This document shows, one piece after another, positions 40,420 to 52,500 of a stretch of 64,000 nt of DNA. Source of the stretch: Macrostomum lignano (Eukaryota); NCBI GenBank assembly GCA_002269645.1, contig NIVC01000592.1:310001-374000 (forward strand). The letters are read 5' to 3'. Below the pieces are notes generated by a model. It was given only the letters and a program-made list of their open reading frames with translations. It did no database searches and had not been told where the DNA came from. The translations under genes and the position numbers were made by a program. The stretch's first letter is position 1; each line of letters opens with the position of its first letter.

Positions 40420-41770
40420 TTTTGATTCCCCTTTCTCAGATTCCCCTTTCTCAGATTCCCCTTTCTCAAACTCCCCTTTCTCAGATTCCCCTTTCCCAAA
40501 TTCCCCTTTCTCAGATTCCCCTTCTCGCATCTGTTTGAGAATTCCTCAGATTCCCATTCTTGCAGCTGTTTGAGAATTCCCCAGATTCCCCTTCTCGCAG
40601 CTGTTTGAGAATTCCTCAGATTCCCCTTTTCGCATCTGTTTGAAAATTCCTCAGATTCCCCTTTTCGCATCTGTTTGAGAATTCCCCAGATTCCCCTTCT
40701 CGCATCTGTTTGAGAATTCCTCAGATTCCCCTTTCTCAGATTCCCCTTCTCGCAGCTGTTTGAGAATTCCCCAGATTCCCCTTCTCGCAGCTGTTTGAGA
40801 ATTCCTCAGATTCCCCTTTTCGCATCTGTTTGAGAATTCCTCAGATTCCCCTTTTCGCATCTGTTTGAGAATTCCCCAGATTCCCCTTCTCGCATCTGTT
40901 TGAGAATTCCTCAGATTCCCCTTTCTCAGATTCCCCTTCTCGCAGCTGTTTGAGAATTCCCCAGATTCCCCTTTTCGCATCTGTTTGAGAATTCCTCAGA
41001 TTCCCCTTTTCGCATCTGTTTGAGAATTCCCCAGATTCCCCTTCTCGCAGCTGTTTGAGAATTCCTCAGATTCCCCTTTTCGCATCTGTTTGAGAATTCC
41101 TCAGATTCCCCTTTTCGCATCTGTTTGAGAATTCCCCAGATTCCCCTTCTCGCATCTGTTTGAGAATTCCTCAGATTCCCCTTTTCGCATCTGTTTGAAA
41201 ATTCCTCAGATTCCCCTTCTCGCAGCTGTTTGAGAATTCCCCAGATTCCCATTCTTGCAGCTGTTTGAGAATTCCCCAGATTCCCATTCTTGCAGCTGTT
41301 TGAGAATTCCCCAGATTCCCCTTCTCGCAGCTGTTTGAGAATTCCTCAGATTCCCCTTTTCGCATCTGTTTGAGAATTCCTCAGATTCCCCTTTTCGCAT
41401 CTGTTTGAGAATTCCCCAGATTCCCCTTCTCGCATCTGTTTGAGAATTCCTCAGATTCCCCTTTCTCAGATTCCCCTTCTCGCAGCTGTTTGAGAATTCC
41501 CCAGATTCCCCTTCTCGCAGCTGTTTTAGAATTCCTCAGATTCCCCTTCTCGCAGCTGTTTGAGAATTCCCCAGATTCCCCTTCTCGCAGCTGTTTGAGA
41601 ATTCCTCAGATTCCCCTTTTCGCATCTGTTTGAGAATTCCCCAGATTCCCCTTCTCGCATCTGTTTGAGAATTCCTCAGATTCCCCTTTCTCAGATTCCC
41701 CTACTCGCAGCTGTTTGAGAATTCCTCAGATTCCCCTTTTCGCATCTGTTTGAGAATTCCTCAGATTCCC
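40420..41770. repeat. 35-bp minisatellite TTTGAGAATTCCYCAGATTCCCCTTYTCGCAKCTG with 15-bp sub-units
   Basis: About 36 copies. Confidence 0.95.
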
Positions 41771-42145
41771 TTTTTTACATCGCTTTCACTTTCTTTAAGT
41801 CCGTCCAAAACTTATTTTCAACAGTTTCTAAAGCCAATAAAAGTACAACTGTGAGCTTGAGACAGTTGCGGGCCTCTTTAGCACCTGCCTCCCATTAGCT
41901 GCCTTAATTTGGCAGCTCGACCCCCCCCCCAACACCGACTGACCCCAGCCGCTTTGATTGCTCGAAAATTCGATTCGAAATAGGGAATTTCGAAGTTGAG
42001 GCAGCAGCGGAAAAAGGCTCGAGACAAAAAAGCTACTTCTTGTGACGAGAAAATCCCGCAGGATCACGCCACCGCGCCTCTTCGAGTGGCTGCCGGCCTG
42101 CTTGAGGGGGCAGTGGGGAGGGAGTCGGCCCCACTCGGAGAGCTC

Positions 42146-42161
42146 GGTTGCCATGGCAACC
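42146..42161. promoter_or_regulatory. Perfect palindromic RFX X-box GGTTGCCATGGCAACC
   Basis: Exact match to GTTGCCATGGCAAC inside a GC-rich island between two divergent genes. Confidence 0.7.
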
Positions 42162-42479
42162 AGGCCATCACAACGTGTCAAGCTGGGCAGAGCGGCGGCA
42201 GCTAATTGGCCAGAGCTGGGGAGGTGGCGGCCGGCTGCGAGCCGCTTTTAAGGCCCGGCCGGGCCGGAGCCGCCGCCGCTGCCCGCCTGGAGACAATTAA
42301 ACTCCTCAAGCAATTAATTAGGTTGAGCGATTGAAGCTTTTTCTGCGTGTCACAGAGCACTCACTCGAACCCAATCATCTCAGCAGGCTTCCGGGTTGAC
42401 GAGGCTGCTGATCGCCGATTTTTCAGTTCAGATTGTTGACTGAGGTAAGCGGCGGGTATCTGTGACGACCTGACTGACC

Positions 42480-43030
42480 AGGGTTGACCCGGGCTGACCC
42501 GGGCTGACCCTCTCTTACCCTCTCTCACCCTCTCTCACCCTCCCTCACCCTTTCTCACCCTTTCTCACCCTTTCTCACCCTTTCTCACCCTTTCTCACCC
42601 TTTCTCACCCTTTCTCACCCTTTCTCACCCTTTCTCACCCTTTCTCACCCTTTCTCACCCTTTCTCACCCTTTCTCACCCTCTCTCACCCTCTCTTACCT
42701 TCTCCCACCCTTTCTCACCCTTTCTCACCCTCTCTCACCCTCTCTTACCTTCTCTCACCCTCTCACACCCTCTCTCACCCTCCCTCACCCTTTCTCACCC
42801 TCTCTCACCCTCTCTTACCTTCTCTCACCCTCTCTCACCCTTTCTCACCCTTTCTCACCCTTTCTCACCCTTTCTCACCCTTTCTCACCCTTTCTCACCC
42901 TTTCTCACCCTTTCTCACCCTTTCTCACCCTCTCTTACCCTCTCTCACCTCTTTCACTATCTCTCACCCTCTCTCACCCTCTTTCACTCTCTCTCTCCCT
43001 CTCTCACCCTCTCTTACAACCTCCCTTCCT
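42480..43030. repeat. 10-bp CT-rich satellite (TTTCTCACCC) in the putative 5' UTR intron of GPCR1
   Basis: Lies between donor GAG|GTAAGC (42445) and acceptor TTCTTCAG (43752). Confidence 0.9.
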
Positions 43031-43762
43031 TCAGATTTCTCTCTCAAACTATCTTCATAAATAATTTATCAATCCCTCTGATACGCCCAATTCCTTCTTT
43101 CCATCACCGCCCGCTTAAAGAGCAGGTAAACTCGATCCCCAGAAAAAACCGCACCGGCTGAGCAGGGCCACCGCTAGTTCGTATCGGAAAGAGTTGAGGA
43201 CACAAGAAAAACATTCTAATGCACTTTCCTGGAATGTGGAATCCCCGTATGAGCTGAGCCTCTCCCTCCCCAAGATACTCTGACTTCAACTTCCGCACTT
43301 GTCCCCGAGTCTTCAAGCTCCCAAATCGATCACTGGCCATGTCCATCACAATTTTCAAGCGTGAATGATCATTTTAGCCACTTCCAGAGCGGGAGGATAT
43401 ATTTCAGGCATGCAAAATCGATATTTTTATGGGACGAGTCTTGCGCAAGTCAGGAAAATATTTTGTTGTCATGGCGACCAGATTTGACAGGAAAGATGAA
43501 GAGCGGGAGAAGAGGCTGCGCACCTGGCGACCTGAGTTCGCCCTCTGCAGCTGGCCTGTCATTGTGAGAGCTCGCCTCGCCTTCGGCAAGACTGACAAGT
43601 TGAAGCGCTTAGGAAGCCCTGATCCAAATCGAGGACGCGTGTGGAAATTTTAAAGCTAATTTTACTGACTTTATATCCTCAATCGCCTACTCACAAAGTG
43701 CTAATCAGTAGTCAAAAAGGGTCATTCTATAAGATTTATTTATATTCTTCAGCAGAGTGACC

Positions 43763-44758
43763 ATGGCAACGACCAACACAACAATGACCACAGCGCCCGT
43801 GGCGGCCACCGGCGATCCGGAGTGGATCAGCACCTTCAAGAAGTTCCAGCTGGCGATCGTCATCATCGGCCTGATGCTGAACATCCTTGGTCTAGTCGTG
43901 TTCTTCACTAAAGCCTCCAAGAGCTTCAACGTGATGACGCTGATGCTGCTGAAGCATCAGACCTGCTTGGACTCGCTGATCTGCCTGCTGAACGTGTTCT
44001 ACCTGCTGCCCAACCTGCCTGACAGCTCCAGCAACCCGGTGGCCTGCTACCTGTGGTACACCCAGACCTTCTACTGGATCCTCGTTGTCCTCAGCGTGTG
44101 GAACCTCCTGCTCATCTGCGTGGAGCGCTTCATGGCGGTGGTGTTCCCTATCAAGTACAAGGCCAAGAAGCCAATCCACGTGGCCTTCATGATCCTCGGC
44201 ATCCACCTGGGCGCCTACCTGCTGGCCACGCCCGTCACCTTCTGGGTCCGCTACGCCGACGGCGTCTGCAAATACGGCACGCCGACCTTCGACTCGCCGG
44301 CTCTTGTCCAGTTCCTGACCGTCCACGCCGCACTTTGGTTCCTCGGCATCTACATGTGCCCCATGGGCGCCATGGTGGTTATGTACACCAAGATCATCAT
44401 CGTGATCCGCGCCGCCACCGGGGCCACCACCTCCAGCGATGGCAAGCAGAGCAATGCCGCCACTGAGTTCACCAAGACCGCCATCGTGGTCACCACCGTG
44501 TTCGTGGTCAGCTTCTCCTTTGACTCCTTCTACTACTTCATCGGCACCTTCTCGCCCGTCATCAACTACGAGGTGAACTCGACGCCGCAGATCTTTAGCA
44601 CCTTCATGGTGACGCTGAACTCGTGCTCTGCCGTCATCATCTACCTGATCTTCATGCGGGTGTTTCGCAAGCACAGCCTTCAGCTGCTCAGCTGCGGCCG
44701 CTACAAGGGCACCGGAGCGGTCGGCGGCGGCCCGGCCAGCGGCACCACCAGCGGCTGA
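43763..44758 (+). CDS. Rhodopsin-class orphan GPCR (331 aa, intronless CDS)
   Basis: Seven hydrophobic segments; TM1 GLMLN, TM3 C...ICVERFMAVVFP, ECL2 Cys, TM5 CP..Y, TM7 NSCSAVIIY...FR; acceptor immediately upstream of the ATG. Confidence 0.92.
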   Translation: MATTNTTMTTAPVAATGDPEWISTFKKFQLAIVIIGLMLNILGLVVFFTKASKSFNVMTLMLLKHQTCLDSLICLLNVFYLLPNLPDSSSNPVACYLWYTQTFYWILVVLSVWNLLLICVERFMAVVFPIKYKAKKPIHVAFMILGIHLGAYLLATPVTFWVRYADGVCKYGTPTFDSPALVQFLTVHAALWFLGIYMCPMGAMVVMYTKIIIVIRAATGATTSSDGKQSNAATEFTKTAIVVTTVFVVSFSFDSFYYFIGTFSPVINYEVNSTPQIFSTFMVTLNSCSAVIIYLIFMRVFRKHSLQLLSCGRYKGTGAVGGGPASGTTSG

Positions 44759-44772
44759 GAGCGTCGGCGACC

Positions 44773-44786
44773 GTTGCCATGGCAAC
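44773..44786. promoter_or_regulatory. Second perfect RFX X-box GTTGCCATGGCAAC
   Basis: Exact palindrome 15 nt after the GPCR1 stop. Confidence 0.5.
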
Positions 44787-44864
44787 AACTGGGCCGAATA
44801 TTAAATCGGTAAAACTGACTCAAACCTCAATTAGCGGTAGGGTTAGATTTATTAATGGGATTAA

Positions 44865-45740
44865 CAGCACTGATTGGAAGAACCAGGAGATTAACGGCAC
44901 CGATTTGAAGAATCAGGGGATTAACGGCACTGATTTGATTTGAAGAATCAGGGGATTAACGGCACTGATTTGAAGGACTAGGGGATTAGCGACACTGATT
45001 TGAAGGACTAGGGGATTAGCGGCACTGATTTGAAGGACTAGGGGATTAGCGGCACTGATTTGAAGGACTAGGGGATTAGCGGCACTGATTTGAAGGATTA
45101 GGGGATTAGCGGCCCTGATTTGAAGGACTAGGGGATTAGCGGCGCTGATTTGAAGGACTAGGGGATTAGCGGCACTGATTTGAAGGACTAGGGGATTAGC
45201 GGCACTGATTTGAAGGACTAGGGGATTAGCGGCACTGATTTGAAGGACTAGGGGATTAGCGGCACTGATTTGAAGGACTAGGGGATTAGCGGCACTGATT
45301 TGAAGGATTAGGGGATTAGCGGCGCTGATTTGAAGGACTAGGGGATTAGCGGCACTGATTTGAAGGACTAGGGGATTAGCGGCACTGATTTGAAGGACTA
45401 GGGAATTAGCGGCACTGATTTGAAGGACTAGGGGATTAGCGGCACTGATTTGAAGGACTAGGGGATTAGCGGCACTGATTTGAAGGACTAGGGGATTAGC
45501 GGCACTGATTTGAAGGACTAGGGGATTAGCGGCACTGATTTGAAGGACTAGGGGATTAGCGGCGCTGATTTGAAGGACTAGGGGATTAGCGGCACTGATT
45601 TGAAGGACTAGGGGATTAGCGGCACTGATTTGAAGGACTAGGGGATTAGCGGCACTGATTTGAAGGACTAGGGGATTAGCGGCCCTGATTTGAAGGACTA
45701 GGGGATTAGCGGCGCTGATTTGAAGGACTAGGGGATTAGC
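44865..45740. repeat. 30-bp minisatellite TGAAGGACTAGGGGATTAGCGGCACTGATT
   Basis: About 29 copies, ~100 nt downstream of the GPCR1 stop. Confidence 0.97.
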
Positions 45741-47081
45741 ATGGCAAAGGCTTCAATTAAAGGACGATTTGCTTTTTTGTTTTTTTGTCTTGTGTTTATC
45801 TGTTTATTTTTGTTGTGCTTAACCGAAAGGCTGTGCTTGGCTGCGGTTTGCTAGCAGTCGAATAGGCAGCCATGGCGGTGGTAGATTTAGCTCAGCTCCA
45901 TGCTCACCCTGCCGTGATAGAGTATGAGCTCTCAGCAAATTTTAGACACAGTCACTCTTTAGCCTCACAATATTCACTGTTTTATGTAAATTTTGGTATA
46001 AAAAAATTGTACTTTTTGAAAAATGCAAGCCCTTTTTGTTATGCTTAGCTGGCTTTAAATGTTTAAAGTAAGCAAGCAAAATAATTATCAAATGCACATC
46101 AGCACATCTGGCACGAACTGCATGTACTTTTTGCACCCGGTTTTACTTTGTTTATTTGTCACAGTCAACGTAATGGCTAAACTAAATGCACTTTAACAAA
46201 TCTATGAAGTTTCGTAATGTCTAGAGTTTTACGGCGGAGCCTGACACCTAATTGGTTCCGCAAAAATTTAAATTGATTTATAAACCCTAAAATTTGTTTT
46301 ATTTCATCTAGTCTTAGTTTATGTAATTCACTTTATTTATTTCATTTTCATTTCATATTATCAGATATTCTGGTAGCGAAACTCTGCTCTTATACAGTAG
46401 AAAACTTATGTACACTTTATCGTGAATGGTTACTTAAGCCTTTTATCTTTGTAAATATATTCTGAGATGATGTCGATCTATATTTTATTTCCACGCATTC
46501 TTCTAAGACTGACACCTGAACTATAATGATGAAATGATGAAATATACACAAAATGCAATAACTCGGATTCAATATTTTTCTGTTGTGGCACGTTAAAAAT
46601 GTAAAAATATTACAATTCCTTTAGCTTGTCACTGCTAATTTTATCTTTCTGAAGAAAATCTTTTCTTTCTTCGGACTCAAAACCTCGAACTCACCTGACT
46701 CTATGCAGTTATTTTATTACGTCGTTGAAAAAAAGGCTTTTTAGTTTCTCTTTAGCATGTCAGGTCTATTTTTAGCTCATTTACTCGTAGGCAGATTTCA
46801 CTCGCCGGGAATTCCGGCGTCCGGAGTCAGTAGGGGTGGGTTAAATGTACATTGTCGCTATGGTGGGGTTGGGGGAATGAATGTACATTGTCTCAATAGT
46901 GGGGTTTGAGAGGAATAGATGTACAGCGAGCGTCCAGAGATAATCGGCGGGCGCCCGACAGAGTTGCGTGTTGTGGCATGCTGCGGTAAAGGCCGCTTAT
47001 TTATTGAGGCAAACCCTGCGCTCGGCCTTGAAGATGTTAAATAAAGTGAAATCGGAACCAAGCACCCCATTACTGGCTAGC

Positions 47082-47087
47082 TATAAA
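47082..47087 (+). promoter_or_regulatory. TATA box candidate
   Basis: CTATAAAGG ~60 nt upstream of the ATG at 47148. Confidence 0.4.
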
Positions 47088-47147
47088 GGTGAGACGCCAC
47101 AGGAGCTCCCATAAAGTACATCAACAGCCACGACAACAGCTGACTAA

Positions 47148-47510
47148 ATGGGAACAGAAATGTCCAGCAAGGATTTGCACAGCAAGCAGTTGCCGTCAAG
47201 ACAGGCGCACCTGTTCAGGCGCCGGATCTCCAGCCTGGTATTTGGCATCGCCCTACTAGCCTCGACCGGGCTTGTCGCCGGGGCCACCGCCGCTCGCGCC
47301 GTGCAGTGTCCGGCCTCGGTCGACTGTCCCGGACAGCGCGGCCGGCTGCACTTTGCTCTGATGCTGAGCGGCAGCGCACTGTTCATCGGGTCTCTGGCCG
47401 GGCTGCTCATCCTGCGCTACATCGTGTTCGGGGCGCTGCCGCCGGCTGATGACACGGCCGAGTTCGAACACCTGAGCGAGTGCGACACGCCGACTGGGGA
47501 GCTGGCGTGA
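47148..47510 (+). CDS. Small orphan two-transmembrane protein (120 aa)
   Basis: GC3-rich codons in an AT-rich background; hydrophobic segments LVFGIALLASTGLVAGATAA and FALMLSGSALFIGSLAGLLILRYIVF; Cys pair in the loop. Confidence 0.65.
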   Translation: MGTEMSSKDLHSKQLPSRQAHLFRRRISSLVFGIALLASTGLVAGATAARAVQCPASVDCPGQRGRLHFALMLSGSALFIGSLAGLLILRYIVFGALPPADDTAEFEHLSECDTPTGELA

Positions 47511-48227
47511 GACAATTTCGCTTCTCTTCTGGCATTTATAAATCTGGTAAAAAGTCCAACTTACCGATAAAAATATTTAAAATATTTTTAAAACGTGTTC
47601 TCAAACACGTGCCAATTTGTTTTTACGGTAATCAAATTTTGTTAAATTATATTCATGTTTGGCATGAATTTAAATTTGATTTTAAGTTTAGCAACAAGTT
47701 CTTTTTCTTCAAAATTTAGTCATTTAATTTTCTGCAAGTATATGCTAATTACCTGTAATTATGTACCAAAAATTTTGTAAATATGTTTTGTTCTGTCCTC
47801 GTTACTTCACTGAAACGCACCAAAACGTCTAGCAAAATATACCGCAATTTGCTTATCGCCCTACTGACAACGAACAGTAGACCAACTAGTGCATTTCTTT
47901 CACTTTAAATTATTTAGAAGCACAGCTTCTACAACGCAACATTCCAACTACGGCAGAAAACTGAAATTGGAATGAGCAGAGAATGCGCGGAATCTGCACA
48001 CAATTCATCATCTTCCTACCAGCTTAACTGTGGCCAAGACATCTTTCCCACTTTCCGGAATTCGATAAGATCATTCGATAAGTGGCTCGCGCCTCACAGT
48101 CTGAGGATTTGCCATTTTCCTCATGTCGCATCCTCAGCTGCGACTCCCTCAGCACTTTTGGGGCCTCGAGAATGGCGAATCTTCTTGGACTCAAAGCCCC
48201 CTGCTCAGTATTGCTGCTCCCGGTAGT

Positions 48228-49198
48228 CGGGACTAAGACTCCCTGACAGTCGGGACTGGGACTCCCTGACAGTCGGGACTGGGACTCCCTGACAGTCGGG
48301 ACTGGGACTCCCTGACAGTCGGGACTGGGACTCCCTGACAGTCGGGACTGGGACTCCCTGACAGTCGGGACTGGGACTCCCTGACAGTCGGGACTGGGAC
48401 TCCCTGACAGTCGGGACTGGGACTCCCTGACAGTCGGGACTGGGACTCCCTGACTGTGACAGTCGGGACTGGGACTCCTTGGCAGTCGGGACTGGGACTC
48501 CCTGACTGTGACAGTCGGGACTGGGACTCCTTGGCAGTCGGGACTGGGACTCGCTGATCAAAGCTGTCAGGGAGTCCCAATCACGACTTTCAGGGAGTCC
48601 CAGTCCCGACTTTCAGGGAGTCCCAGTCCCGACTGTCAGGGAGTCCCAATCACGACTTTCAGGGAGTCCCAGTCCCGACTTTCAGGGAGTCCCAGTCCCG
48701 ACTGTCAGGGAGTCCCAATCCCAACTGTCAGGGAGTCCCAGTCCCGACTTTCAGGGAGTCCCAGTCCTGAGTCCCAATCACGACTGTCAGGGAGTCCCAA
48801 TCCCGACTTTCAGGGAGTCCCAGTCCTGAGTCCCAATCACGACTTTCAGGGAGTCCCAATCACGACTTTCAGGGAGTCCCAGTCCCGACTTTCAGGGAGT
48901 CCCAGTCCCGACTGTCAGGGAGTCCCAATCACGACTTTCAGGGAGTCCCAGTCCCGACTTTCAGGGAGACCCAGTCCCGACTGTCAGGGAGTCCCAGTCC
49001 CGACTTTCAGGGAGTCCCAGTCCCGACTGTCAGGGAGTCCCAATCCCAACTGTCAGGGAGTCCCAGTCCCGACTTTCAGGGAGTCCCAGTCCTGAGTCCC
49101 AATCACGACTGTCAGGGAGTCCCAATCCCGACTTTCAGGGAGTCCCAGTCCTGAGTCCCAATCACGACTGTCGGGGAGTCCCAGTCCCGACTGTCAGG
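48228..49198. repeat. 23-bp minisatellite with orientation switch at ~48551-48566
   Basis: GGGACTCCCTGACAGTCGGGACT to the left; its reverse complement AGTCCCGACTGTCAGGGAGTCCC to the right. Confidence 0.95.
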
Positions 49199-49549
49199 TC
49201 CGAATTTCCGGCCGAGACCTGACCCAGTCCCAGCGTTCTATCGGACAGCATAGGAGACTCACAGTTTGTTCATCGATAATCGAAATTCCCCAACAGACTC
49301 GCTGTTAATCCCTCAGCGTCGGCCTTACAAACTGCCCGGTCCCCTTTTATCCAAGCTTCTTTGCGGGCAGAGTGCTGGCCTATCATTAAAATTTACTTAT
49401 AGTGAAAGTGTGCGAGCGACCCCCTGTTGCCACACATGCAGTTTTATATTATGAGCGCCTGGGGAATACCAAGAGGCCGGATGTAATGAGCCAAAGTCCA
49501 TTGCTGCTCTCGCTGCCATGTTAAACTATTGTGTCAAAGGTGAAGCAAT

Positions 49550-52500
49550 TGGGGATGTCAAATGTCAAATGTTGGCTGAGTGGCAATTAGAGTGTCAAAG
49601 GTGAGGCAATTGGGATGTCAAAGGTGAGGCAATTGGGATGTCAAAGTTGAGACATTCAGAGTGTCAAAGGTGAGGCAATTGGGATGTCAAAGGTGAGACA
49701 ATTGGGATGTCAAAGGTGAGACAATTGGGATGTCAAAGGTGAGGCAATTGGAGTGTCAAAGGTGAGGCAATTGGAGTCAAAGGTGAGGCAATTGGAGTGT
49801 CAAAGGTGAGGCAATTGGGATGTCAAAGGTGAGACAATTGGGATGTCAAAGGTGAGGCAATTGAAAAGGTGGCAATTGGAGTGTCAAAGGTGAAGGCAAT
49901 TGGAGTGTCAAAGGTGAGGCAATTGGGATGTCAAAGGTGAGACAATTGGGATGTCAAAGGTGAGACAATTGGGATGTCAAAGGTGAGGCAATTGGAGTGT
50001 CAAAGGTGAGGCAATTGGAGTCAAAGGTGAGGCAATTGGAGTGTCAAAGGTGAGGCAATTGGGATGTCAAAGGTGAGACAATTGGGATGTCAAAGGTGAG
50101 GCAATTGAAGTGTCAAAGGTAAGGCAATTGGAGTGTCAAAGGTGAGGCAATTGGGATGTCAAAGATGAGACAATTGGGATGTCAAAGGTGAGGCAATTGG
50201 GATGTCAAAGGTGAGACAATTGGGATGTCAAAGGTGAGACAATTGGGATGTCAAAGGTGAGGCAATTGGAGTGTCAAAGGTGAGGCAATTGGAGTGTCAA
50301 AGGTGAGGCAATTGGGATGTCAAAGGTGAGACAATTGGGATGTCAAAGGTGAGGCAATTGGGATGTCAAAGATGAGACAATTGGGATGTCAAAGGTGAGG
50401 CAATTGGGATGTCAAAGGTGAGACAATTGGGATGTCAAAGGTGAGGCAATTGGGATGTCAAAGGTGAGACAATTGGGATGTCAAAGGTGAGGCAATTGAA
50501 GTGTCAAAGGTAAGGCAATTGGAGTGTCAAAGGTGAGGCAATTGGGATGTCAAAGATGAGACAATTGGGATGTCAAAGGTGAGGCAATTGGGATGTCAAA
50601 GATGAGACAATTGGGATGTCAAAGGTGAGGCAATTGGGATGTCAAAGGTGAGACAATTGGGATGTCAAAGGTGAGGCAATTGAAGTGTCAAAGGTAAGGC
50701 AATTCGAGTGTCAAAGGTGAGGCAATTGGGATGTCAAAGGTGAGACAATTGGGATGTCAAAGGTGAGACAATTGGAGTGTCAAAGGTGAGGCAATTGAAG
50801 TGTCAAAGGTAAGGCAATTGGGATGTCAAAGATGAGACAATTGGGATGTCAAAGGTGAGGCAATTGGGATGTCAAAGGTGAGACAATTGGGATGTCAAAG
50901 GTGAGGCAATCAGAGTGTCACAGGTGAGGCAATTGGGATGTCAAAGGTGAGGCAATTGAAGTGTCAAAGGTAAGGCAATTCGAGTGTCAAAGGTGAGGCA
51001 ATTGGGATGTCAAAGATGAGACAATTGGGATGTCAAAGGTGAGGCAATTGGGATGTCAAAGGTGAGACAATTGGGATGTCAAAGGTGAGGCAATCAGAGT
51101 GTCACAGGTGAGGCAATTGGGATGTCAAAGGTGAGACATTCAGAGTGTCAAAGGTGAGGCAATCAGAGAGTCAAAGGTGAGTCAATCAGAGTGTCACAGG
51201 TGAGGCAATCAGAGTGTCACAGGTGAGGCAATTGGATTGTCAAAGGTGAGGCAATCAGAGTGTCACGGGTTAGGCAATTGGGATGTCAAAGGTGAGGCAA
51301 TCAGGGTGTCACAGGTGAGGCAATCAGAGTGTCACAGGTGAGGCAATCAGAGTGTCAAAGGTGAGGCAATCAGAGTGTCAGGTGAGGCAATCAGAGTGTC
51401 ACAGGTGAGGCAATCAGAGTGTCAAAGGTGAGGCAATCAGAGTGTCACAGGTGAGGCAATCAGAGTGTCAAAGGTGAGGCAATTGGAGTCAAAGGTGAGG
51501 CAATTGGAGTGTCAAAGGTGAGGCAATTGGGATGTCAAAGGTGAGACAATTGGGATGTCAAAGGTGAGGCAATTGAAGTGTCAAAGGTAAGGCAATTGGA
51601 GTGTCAAAGGTGAGGCAATTGGGATGTCAAAGGTGAGACAATTGGGATGTCAAAGGTGAGACAATTGGGATGTCAAAGGTGAGGCAATTGGAGTGTCAAA
51701 GGTGAGGCAATTGGAGTCAAAGGTGAGGCAATTGGAGTGTCAAAGGTGAGGCAATTGGGATGTCAAAGGTGAGACAATTGGGATGTCAAAGGTGAGGCAA
51801 TTGAAGTGTCAAAGGTAAGGCAATTGGAGTGTCAAAGGTGAGGCAATTGGGATGTCAAAGATGAGACAATTGGGATGTCAAAGGTGAGGCAATTGGGATG
51901 TCAAAGGTGAGACAATTGGGATGTCAAAGGTGAGACAATTGGGATGTCAAAGGTGAGGCAATTGGAGTGTCAAAGGTGAGGCAATTGGAGTGTCAAAGGT
52001 GAGGCAATTGGGATGTCAAAGGTGAGACAATTGGGATGTCAAAGGTGAGGCAATTGGGATGTCAAAGATGAGACAATTGGGATGTCAAAGGTGAGGCAAT
52101 TGGGATGTCAAAGGTGAGACAATTGGGATGTCAAAGGTGAGGCAATTGGGATGTCAAAGGTGAGACAATTGGGATGTCAAAGGTGAGGCAATTGAAGTGT
52201 CAAAGGTAAGGCAATTGGAGTGTCAAAGGTGAGGCAATTGGGATGTCAAAGATGAGACAATTGGGATGTCAAAGGTGAGGCAATTGGGATGTCAAAGATG
52301 AGACAATTGGGATGTCAAAGGTGAGGCAATTGGGATGTCAAAGGTGAGACAATTGGGATGTCAAAGGTGAGGCAATTGAAGTGTCAAAGGTAAGGCAATT
52401 CGAGTGTCAAAGGTGAGGCAATTGGGATGTCAAAGGTGAGACAATTGGGATGTCAAAGGTGAGACAATTGGAGTGTCAAAGGTGAGGCAATTGAAGTGTC

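Noticed and set aside
43892-44788. 298-aa antisense ORF over GPCR1 (likewise 60247-61362 over GPCR2 and others over FAR and KLF exons)
   Set aside because: Expected shadow ORFs of highly GC3-biased coding sequence.
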